44,432 nucleotides of DNA from Nemertoderma westbladi. Taxonomy: Eukaryota > Animalia > Xenacoelomorpha. Shown piece after piece: positions 12,269-21,623 of the stretch; the first letter of the stretch is position 1; every line of letters begins with the position of its first letter. The translations under genes and the position numbers were made by a program. The stretch spans positions 1-44,432 of the forward strand of contig JAUCBJ010005079.1 in assembly GCA_032718475.1 (NCBI GenBank), in the 5' to 3' direction. A model generated the notes under the pieces. It was given only the letters and a program-made list of their open reading frames with translations, was not told the origin of the DNA and did no database searches.

Positions 12269-13399
12269 TAAAACTTGCGAACCCGCTATTTCAGATAACC
12301 GCCCAGCGTAAATTAGTTCAAATATTCCCTAAGCGTAAATAACTAAACTATTCTCCGCTATGCAGCATACGAATCCTTATTTGTCCTAAATACTAGCATA
12401 AACTACATTTTATTCAAACATACAGAGTTGCGAACTATCTAAATTAATGTATTCCAGAACTGTAACGCTAACTAGTTACGCTACTGGGCTACACTAGAGT
12501 CAGCCTAAATACTGTATTACTTGACCTAACTGCGATTCAACCAAGCATTCAATTAAGAAATAGAAAACAATCGAGGAATAGCGTCTATCTAAAACATTAC
12601 AACAAAGAATCAGACACTCCCTAAACAACACAACAATAAGTAATAGCGTAGCGCTAGTGCAGCGATAGCCACATTAGTAGCAATAGCGTAGTTATCCAAG
12701 ATCACCTAAAAGCTAATGTGGTCTTTTACCCCTAACTAACTAAAATTATTGAGAGACAAAATCTGGATTACTTTGCCCTTACTACCTTAAGGTGACCGGT
12801 CCGGGTCCTAGACTTAAATCAGCCCGACCCAACAGTCACTAGCCGGCACTGCCGCACATTGGATCCTCCAACCTGCTCCGTCGCCATTCCCGAATAGTGC
12901 GCCCGCGTCTCCTACCTTAGCCCTGCATGCTTAAGCGAGCTGTTACCATAATGGCGTAATAATACATCAAACAGTCAGACAGTCATTGAAGAAACAAAGA
13001 TTACTGAGATTTATTACATTGTAGCGATTATGATACAATCAGAATTAATCAAAAATCAGTATCAAGCAGTAATCATTTGCAAAGTCACATTTTGTAAGCA
13101 GAAACCAGCAAATTTACTGTCAATCGAAGCACAAATTTTACAAATTCAAGATGGCTGACACAAAACTGAATAAGAATGACGCAATATCTATTCTTCTCAC
13201 ATGATCAGTCAGATCCAGGGTTCTCCCAGCTGGGCTCTTGACAAACCTGTGAGCAGAAATGCATAATTCCCCTAAATTAAAAAAGCGCAATTTAAACGTA
13301 AATTTAGCACAAATATCGATTAATATAGAAATACAGGCGAAATTAGCACAAGTATTAAGTAGATTCAATGGATATTATAAACGACAAATTCATATATTA

Positions 13400-13701
13400 A
13401 GATATTCTTTCGCCCACGTCACCGGGGGTATCATATTGATTGTTAAGGTTGATTAGATTTGATTAGATTGTTAAGATTGATTAAGGGAAACTGGCGGGAA
13501 TTTTGAAATCGGTAATATTTCAAAATTCCCGCCAGTTTCCCTTAATACGGTTTATCCTTTTTATACCAGTAATCATACACCATTTATTAATTTATTTTGT
13601 GCTCGTAAAAGACCTGTTGGTCGAAAATTTGCACACAGTTTAATTTGTTATTAATTTGTCACCGCGAGTTTGGTCGTTCCTACATCTCTTCTTAACAATC
13701 A
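13400..13701 (+). mobile_element. Small insertion, possibly a Penelope-like pLTR remnant
   Basis: Flanked by AAATTCATATATTA at 13386-13399 and 13702-13715. It contains a 30-bp perfect palindrome and a minimal-hammerhead-like segment at 13598-13635. Confidence 0.45.
13480..13546. repeat. Perfect 30-bp inverted repeat with a 7-nt spacer
   Basis: ATTAAGGGAAACTGGCGGGAATTTTGAAAT-cggtaat-ATTTCAAAATTCCCGCCAGTTTCCCTTAAT. Confidence 0.95.
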
Positions 13702-15995
13702 AAATTCATATATTAGATTTATAGGTTTTTGCCCCCGTAATTTAATATACTGCGGTTTTATTATAAAATATACGTAATTAAAGCTACATACTGTATAAAA
13801 TTAAATGAATATGGTAGATCTGGTAGATTTTATTTACCTTATCTAATTATACTATAATTGCGTATTAATATAAACTTATCTAATTTATTTTATACTGTAT
13901 AATGGGATGTTTAGCACACAGCGCCATATATCGTAACACCGCTCCAAGAAAAACAGGCCAAGTTTCTCTCCAATTATAGAAGAGATAGGGCGTTATTGAA
14001 AAACAAAATAAAATTATACTTTCAAATAAATCAACTAATTCAGTTCTATAATTCTAATAACTACATACAAATATTGCCACTGCTTATTGCATAAACTATT
14101 GCATAATTATGATTACATACGAAATACAAATTAAATTACAAAATATACTTCCTTCGATTTATTTACAAATTAACAATTTACTTAGTTGAAATGGAACATG
14201 GCTATGACTATGTCCCCCATTTCCCATCTCATATTATATAGAACAAATAATAACAAAGGAACTAAATATAAAACGTATTTGAGGCTAAATGTTTAACTAA
14301 ATATTATTGCGTTTTAAAGGCCGATAATCAAACTAAATATAAAAATACGTAATAATTTCCTTCCGTTTTCAAAATTTACTTAATTTCTTATAAAAATATT
14401 GCGAATCACCTTGACTTCAATAAATCTGGACGTATATATCAGAGCGACGATGATATATAAAGGATTGGACATATTCGGCCTTAATAATGCGTGCGTCGAA
14501 ACTTCCCAAAATAATTTGGAGTAAAATATCGTATAAATCGCAGATCGTGGGTGGGTATGGTTAGTAGACGGATGGATGGCGTGAATCTTTTGGATGTCGG
14601 AACAGCTTGCGTTGTCTTTCCGTGTCGTATCTTTACCTCATCTTGATACTCAGGCGTGAGCCTTCTCTCTGGGTTCTTTGGGTCGTACGTGGACTCGAGA
14701 GTTCCAAACCCTAGGGTTTGGTTCCCGAGCCCTGCACTTCTAAATCCTTAAGCGCACGATAAAGAAAGATTGCAGCTGTCAATTCCATCAACGTAGGTTA
14801 GTTAATCAGGTGGTTCTGGGGCGCGAGCCAAAGTCATGATGATGATGATACGACTGTGGCTGTGGTGCAGGAGTTGCAACAAACCCTGTGGAGAACTCAA
14901 CTGTGGAGTCCGGGTCTCGTTTCAAGTGGCGTGCCAATTGTCTGTAAAGTCTCCTGACAACTCATCTGCAGGGTGCAGCTGGGTGCATTAGCGCCCCTAT
15001 TGCGAGATTGAGATGCGTACAACATCTATCAACCATCAGTCAGTATCATGGGGTTGGCCTCCCGAGCTACCTGGCCCACCTTCCAGCAGCTCAGGTTCAG
15101 CTCCCCAAACCCTGTCTCACTCTCAAGCTATCCTCTGTATCTATTCCCATGCATAGCGCAAAAACTTCGGAGATACACTGGCTGTGACCGACTCACTTTT
15201 TGATACCCTAACTACTCCCCATACTTGTACTAGAATAGTGTAGTTAGAATGAGCATTATCTGAAGAGCTCGACTATACCAAACCCACAGGTTTGATTATC
15301 GAACGCCTCTCTCTATCTACTACAAACTACTGAGTGGGGTCTGTGTACGCCGCTGGTGCTACTAACCTTTGGCACCCTTGGTTGTTGTACTGTTGGCACC
15401 AATCTGTGGAATCAACTTAACTCAATTTACACTCCTAAATATAATAGCCGTGACCATGGTGTTTAAATACAACATCTTCCCAACTTTTCACGACTTTCAA
15501 AATTACTATACTCTTATAAACATGTCTCACACGTTTATTCTACGTTTGAATTTGTCTTGGGTTCAATTGTAATTATAATTTTTTAACTTTCAAAACTTTC
15601 AAATGCAAAAAAAAATTTTATTTGATACCCACCAGACCAATTTTCAAACGCAATTCACCACAAACCCACTCCTATGCATTCCGAGTATTTGCATACGAGG
15701 AATGCATACTAAGTGAATTTGCGTTTCTGACACTAGTTTTGTTTTGAGGCAGAAGACAAGTTATAGGTCTCCTGTCTCAATGCGTGTTGGTGACAATTGC
15801 GATCCCACTGACGGAATCTTCAAATCCAAATCCGCGGATTTGTAAACCGAAGACTCCACCGGTGTGGTCATTTCTTGTCTGTTACTTACTAACTGGGCCC
15901 TTGAGCTGCTTGCGCAATCTGTATGGGTGGCTTTATGTCATAACTAACCCTTCCAGATCTTGTGATAAATTCCACACAAATAATTATTTACTCAC

Positions 15996-16122
15996 CAGCC
16001 TTTCCAGTATCGCCAACCATAACAGCCATACAGGCCGTCAGATAGCCGCTACCGGATCCAACGTCTAATACGGAAGCGCCTTCCTTAAGCTGGGCGGACA
16101 ACTGTTCCAGGGCGACTGCGTG
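15996..16122 (-). CDS. PCMT1: Internal coding exon of protein-L-isoaspartate(D-aspartate) O-methyltransferase (SAM-binding motif I)
   Basis: Translates HAVALEQLSAQLKEGASVLDVGSGSGYLTACMAVMVGDTGKA plus 1 nt. Acceptor TTTCCCAG, donor GTGAGT. It joins in frame (phase 0) to the ...ISAPHM exon at 42655. Confidence 0.95.
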
Positions 16123-16549
16123 CTGGGAAATAAATGGAGGGGAATTAATAACGAATAGGAAACACAGAGAACACAAATTATTTCATTTATAGAACTCAAA
16201 ATAGCAACGACTGCTGCTAGTGAAGTAATCAGTGTGTAAATTAATTAGCGAAGTGGAGATCTTGGGTTGAAATTGGGTAGCTGTGGTGTTACATAACGAA
16301 CAGTAGTGGGCTAAATAAACATGATCGACCACCGCACTATGAGGCAATGCGGGGTTATATTGGTTGTTCGTCAGGGGTACACCATAGCCCCATTTCTGTT
16401 CATTGTCATGGTGACAACGAGATATCCGTGTGGAGCCTTGGTGTGGAGCCACACAGATGGAGCCTGTGCCTTTGCTGAACTGTAACTGTTGAAATGGACT
16501 GGACACCTGTATTAGCAAGTTACAGAGGGTACACACACAATGTCACTCC

Positions 16550-16793
16550 GTGAGAGGTAACGCGAGAGGGCGCGAGAGGTAACACGAGAGGGCGCGAGAT
16601 GTAACGCAAGAGGGTGCAAGAGGTAATGCGGGAGGGCGCGAGAGGTAACGCGAGAGGGTACGAAAGGGCGCGATAGGTAATGCGAGAGGGCACGACAGGT
16701 AACGCGAGAGGGCGCGAGAGGTAACATGAGAGGGCGCGAGAGGTAACGTGAGAGGGCGCTAGAGGTTACGCGAGAGGTAACGCGAGAGGGCGC
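16550..16793. repeat. 22-bp minisatellite (GCGAGAGGTAAC + GCGAGAGGGC), left part
   Basis: Direct inspection. The array continues at 40032 on the other side of the Gypsy element. Confidence 0.95.
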
Positions 16794-17004
16794 TGATATA
16801 CTCTTGGACCCTGGATCTGAGACCTGGGATGTACCGGTAGGTAGGAGATATATTGCTTACTGTGTTGTTCTATTCATGGCCTGCCTGCGTATTACTGTTC
16901 TATGGACTGACACTTATATACTTACCTGAAATGTACTGAATATTAATATTACACTGCTTATTGCATATTATCAGTATTATTTTATATGTTCCGGGGTTAT
17001 TACA
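16794..17004 (+). repeat. Gypsy 5' LTR
   Basis: TGATATACTC...TTATTACA. About 9 mismatches (counted by eye) versus 39821-40031. Confidence 0.95.
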
Positions 17005-17020
17005 TGGTGCAGTGTGTAGG
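17005..17020 (+). promoter_or_regulatory. Primer-binding site (possibly tRNA-Ser-like)
   Basis: TGGTGCAGTGTGTAGG immediately after the LTR. The tRNA identity is tentative. Confidence 0.6.
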
Positions 17021-17087
17021 TGGTGATATTTTCTCCAATTAATGATCTAGAAACAAAGTTCACATAGCAGCGAATGATAAAGAAACT

Positions 17088-18920
17088 TTGCACCTGAACC
17101 GAAATGAGGTCAACGAATTAGATAGAGATGAAGTTAAACAACATCTCAAAAATCTCCAAATAAAATTCGCTGACACAACTTCCACAATCGATTTGCGACG
17201 GATACTATGGCGCGCAATTGATTGCAGACAGCGGAATCCCACGATTCACGATGTGGATGACGCTGGCGTTAACGGGAAGGATAACTCGGAAACTAACTCT
17301 ATGCAGCAATTCATGCAGCAAATGTTTCTACAACAACAACAACAAATGCAAATCCAACAACAAATGCAGCAGCAGCAACTGGATGCTGTAATCCGGGCGT
17401 TACAGACGCCCGGAGGCCGATGCCCATGGATCAAGCCATCCAGATTCAGTTAAACTTACAATCCAACCTCTGGATGCTATCGACGACGAAATCGCCTATC
17501 CCAAATTCAAAAAATGGAGTACATCTTGGGGCAATTACGCTCAGATCACAAAATTATCTGCCCGTTCCCGGGAGGACCAGGTTGCAACCTTTTGGTCTTA
17601 CTGCAGCCCAGCCCAGACTTTCTCCGGCGTGTGGGACACACAATCGGCATACAACAGGATACTAACTTAACTCTAACCGAGGTTCTGGATAAAATACACG
17701 ATTATCTTCGAAATCAACAGAATATTGTTGTAGATTGGTTTAAACTCATCCGACGCACGCAGTCACACAAAGAATCATTCAACGATTTCTGTACTGCAAC
17801 TCCGCGAGTTGGCTGGTGATGCTGGCTTGACCTCGATGACCAAAGACGAGTGGCTGGCGACCCTGATTGTTGGTGGTATCACAGACGACGAGGTGAGACA
17901 GGAACTTTTATCTAAGAAACCCGCTCTGGATCTGGAGGAGACTGTTGTTCTCTGCCGCAATCGCGAACTCACTGAAAGGGACGAAAAATGTCTTAAAAAT
18001 AAATATAACTCCTCAATATCATCGAATAAGGATACGGGTTGGTGGGGTTGTAGCAAATCCTATTAACCCCAATTAACCCCAATACAGTATTGGGCCAATA
18101 CTGTACCACAATCATAAACATGATTCCTGGAGGTCAAACAAGCAGCACGATAAATCGACAACGAAATCCACAGATTGCTACTTCTGTGGATGACCATGGC
18201 TATTGTCAGCGGATTCAATTCCCTGCATTACCCACCGAAAATGGGATTAGTGACATTTTACCAATTATAGTTGGTGAGGTGACATTACCAATAATAATGT
18301 CACCTCACAACCAACTAAGGCAATACACGCCGTAAGCCACAGGGAGAGTTAAGAGGTCAAACCACATCAGAGGGAAAAACAGGCTAGTAAGGCTAGCACG
18401 TGGGGATAGTGGCAACAGGGAATGGCGAGGTGACAATTAATCAGGTTAAGCCAATGGTGGGTGGGAGAGCACATTGGGAGTGATTAGAGCGCATATATTG
18501 GACACTCAGGCCACTCAGTAGTGTAGAGCTGATTTAGTATATGTTAATAATAATATAACCGTTGCAGTTATTGATTACTGGTTCAGTTGGTTCCTATACA
18601 GTTGTGAGACCGGAACAGTTTTAACCGTCATCACTACCGTGCTATTATAATCAGGCTGTGCTATTATTACGTTCTGCGATTATAAACACTGACAGTAAAA
18701 CTCAGTTATTTGAACGGCCTTCGGCCTACTATACACATCCAGACTATAGCTTTAGCAACCTATGGATGTGGCGATGCATATAACACACACTGGTCGGGAT
18801 CTATACTGCGAACTCCAAGGTCCCGTCACAGCTATATGAAACAGGTAAACCTTGTCCCGCTACACACAACAAGTGCAAGAACTGCAGGAAGAATGGCCAT
18901 TTCAGAGCGATATGTTGGAA
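17088..18920 (+). pseudogene. Gypsy gag, frameshifted and interrupted
   Basis: Fragments LDKIHDYLRNQQN..RRTQSHKESFNDF and LIVGGITDDEVRQELL, and a CPATHNKCKNCRKNGHFRAIC zinc knuckle at ~18850-18916. Confidence 0.75.
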
Positions 18921-19017
18921 AAAATCACAGAAGGGTCAACAGCGGAATAACAGTCCTAACAAAAAAAAAACTAGAGGAATTTTTATCGCTGGGATAAAAG
19001 AAACTGAAGCGGTCACT

Positions 19018-19535
19018 ATGAAATCTGAAACTTCAGCCCACATTGATGATACGGAATATCAGATAATCGATATGGAAACTCCTAAAGTCGCTCGAGTTAC
19101 AGAGAATTCCCCTGACAAACCCATTATAACAGTCGACTTCCTTACAACTGCAGGTAATCTAATGGGGAAACTTGACGTTATCGCAGACACGGGTGCGCAG
19201 GTATCAGTTGCCAGAATAAAAATCCTAAAGAAACTCCGTATTCAGAGGAGAAACCTTAAACCCGTAAATGAAACTTTCGAAAGTGTTAACGGACTCAAAC
19301 TCTCCTGCATTGGATCGTATTCAATGAATATGAAACTCAGTAATACAATGCATACTGAACGAATCGTTATCTGCAGGGATATCGAGGACATTTATATTCT
19401 CTTGGGCGCATGTAAAGGACTGAATATAGTCTACGCTGATTTTCCCTAACAACTTCCAAATTCGGTAGTTTCAGCCACCACCAAAATTTCAAACCCGGCA
19501 GATAAATCAATTGCTCAGAACCTATTGACAGATGT
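19018..19535 (+). pseudogene. Gypsy aspartic protease; the frame continues to the BEL insertion point
   Basis: VIADTGAQVS motif. After one stop the frame reads ...NLLTDV and resumes as NNPFISDIKEQ beyond the BEL element. Confidence 0.85.
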
Positions 19536-21224
19536 TGTTCGCGGTATTTCAACTTTTCTTAACGCGAGTTGAATATTTTTCGGATTTATTTGAAATGAAT
19601 ATTCCAATATCACTACTGGGCGCGGGAACATGGGATTTGGGCATATTCAATGGACTGGGGGCGATTTATGGGCGAATATTGGGGCGACTTACGGGGTACG
19701 GGACTCATGTCAGATATTTAAGGGCCAGGGGTAGGAGGCAAAGTTAAGCAGTATTCAGGTTTGCCTGATTACTATTAGGCCTAGCCAACTTCCTGCTGCC
19801 TGTAGAGGTGGATTTGGTAACTCGCTAGGCCTAAGGGACAAGGAGTGCCCTTAGCGGTCCCTGGCCAACAGTAGTTATTACGAGCCTGAATAAGGACTCG
19901 GAAAGTCTGCTGCTTGTGTCAGGGATTTGCGACGGGAACCGACAGACAGATCTTTAGCGGTCCCTGGTCACCGGCAGTTATTACAAGCCTGAATAAGGAC
20001 TCGGAAAGCTTGCCGACATACACCAGGGACTTGCGACGGGTCAACCGACTAACGGAGGATGGGTTCGACGAGGACTGCCTTCCTGGAGTGGGTTCCACGA
20101 CCGGCGTTAGTACGAGCCTGAATAAGGACTCGGAAAACTACCAACCGTTGGGGCTCACGACGGGCTGACAGACCCCTTGCCAAGCCGTACCGCTTTCCTG
20201 ATGACCAATCCCCTCGGGGTTCGGGAAGGGTGGGACGGAGACGCAATGGGGTCGAAAGACAAAGGACCAGGCTCCACTGGCCTACCGACTGTTCGGAGCA
20301 GCTTCTCGGCTACCAAAGCGACTACGAGCCTGAATAAGGACTCGGAAAGCTTAGGTGGTTGGGTCCCCGTGATGAACCGACGGACCCCTAGCCAAGCTGT
20401 ACCGCTTTCCTGATGACCGATCCCTTCGGGGTTTGTGAAGGGTGGGACGGACACACAAACGGGTCCACCGACTTGACAGACCTAGCCAAGCCGTACCGCT
20501 TTCCTGATGACCAATCCCTTCGGGGTTCGGGAAGGGTGGGACAGACACGCAACCGTGTCTACCGACTTGACCGACCATTAGCCAAGCCGTACCGCTTTCC
20601 TGATGACCAATCCCTTCGGGGTTCGGGAAGGGTGGGACGGACACGCAACCGGGTCTACCGACTTGACCGACCCTTAGCCAAGCCGTACCGCCTTCCTGAT
20701 GACCGATCCCTTCGGGGTTCAGGTAGGGTGGGACGGACACGCAACCGGGTCTACCGACTTGACCGACCCTTAGCCAAGCCGTACCGCTTTCCTGATGACC
20801 GATCCCTTCGGGGTTCGGGAAGGGTGGGACAGACACGCAACAGGGTCGACCGACACCGACACTACGGTACCAAAACTAGGACCGAGGGAAAATTGGGGAA
20901 CATTAGTTAGGTTAAAATCTATAACAAACAGTGGGTAATTAAATAATGTACTGAAGGGATTTATATTGTTGTGTTATATTATTGAATATTTGGTGTATAT
21001 TGGTTTGGGGAAGCCCAACTTATTCTCAATCAAGATTCAACCGTAAGGAAGTTATATTAAAGATTATATCCAACCAATGAAACTTTTCTCAACCGCAATC
21101 TTACATTTAAGAAAGTGATCCTTCTTCACTTTCAATATCTGGTGACTGGCCGGAATTCCGTGGTCTAAAAGTTCCACCTCCAGCATCGGCGTTTTCCCCC
21201 ATGGTATCGGGAATAACGGCAACA
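19536..21224 (+). repeat. BEL 5' LTR (1689 bp)
   Basis: Direct repeat of 31623-33118. TATTTAA at 19715-19721. Holds four A modules and six B modules. Confidence 0.92.
19846..20855 (+). ncRNA. Putative array of structured RNA hairpin modules in the LTR
   Basis: Manual folding gives k-turn-consensus C(UUCG)G hairpins (96-bp period) and ANUA/GAA plus GAAUA-loop hairpins with compensating outer stems. Confidence 0.6.
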
Positions 21225-21431
21225 AAATTGAGAATAAGACGCGGCCAACTTCAACTGGTGGAAGTTGGGAATCCTACAGTACTCTTCAAACTCTCTCCGT
21301 GCTTACCCAGCACCCACTACGAGGAAACTCTGGTATTTGATTTAAGACAAAGCCGTGGTTCAATCAAATTACAAACTCGAACTAAAAAACTCGTAGTCGG
21401 CAGATCACATATAGAGAGTTGTTAACAGGGA

Positions 21432-21623
21432 ATGCAAGTATCGATCACACCAATTGATATAATCCAAGTTGAGCCAGGAATCTGGCACGTCGAAGTCGAA
21501 GTACAAGGAATGAATGTTGGACGATTCAGGATTACCATTCGGGTAGTCCAGGCTGAATACGAGACCTACGAAGAACTATTTTACGATATCGCATATCTAG
21601 CGATCAATGAGGCGCTAGAATGA
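21432..21623 (+). CDS. 63-aa upstream ORF whose stop overlaps the gag start (ATGA)
   Basis: ATG start, protein-like composition. The TGA at 21621-23 overlaps the gag ATG at 21620-22. Confidence 0.5.
   Translation: MQVSITPIDIIQVEPGIWHVEVEVQGMNVGRFRITIRVVQAEYETYEELFYDIAYLAINEALE

Larger units (their letters stand above)
12275..13937 (+). repeat. Diverged copy of an interspersed repeat (partner of 7885-9310), interrupted by a ~300-bp insert
   Basis: Same matches as listed for 7885-9310. An extra segment at 13400-13701 has no counterpart in the partner. Confidence 0.75.

Noticed and set aside
14500-15420. GC-richer segment as an exon or element
   Set aside because: No ORF, termini or recognisable motif was found, so it is left unannotated.
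17246-17453. Poly-Gln / poly-Cys ORF as a host gene
   Set aside because: It is the Gln-rich N-terminal part of Gypsy gag and its antisense reading.
19877-20348. CRISPR-like array (conserved ~28-bp repeat with variable spacers)
   Set aside because: Eukaryotic LTR context, no cas genes, irregular spacing, and the 'spacers' base-pair across the repeat.
20190-20830. Hammerhead ribozyme in LTR module B (CUGAUGA-stem-GAA)
   Set aside because: GAA is followed by G rather than A, and no stem I or III closes flush on an NUH site. A k-turn explains the same bases better. A cleavage assay would settle it.
20049-20910. Repetitive ORFs in the BEL LTRs (also at 31997-32636)
   Set aside because: By-products of the GC-rich 96-bp repeat (a multiple of 3). 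They occur on both strands with no protein motif.
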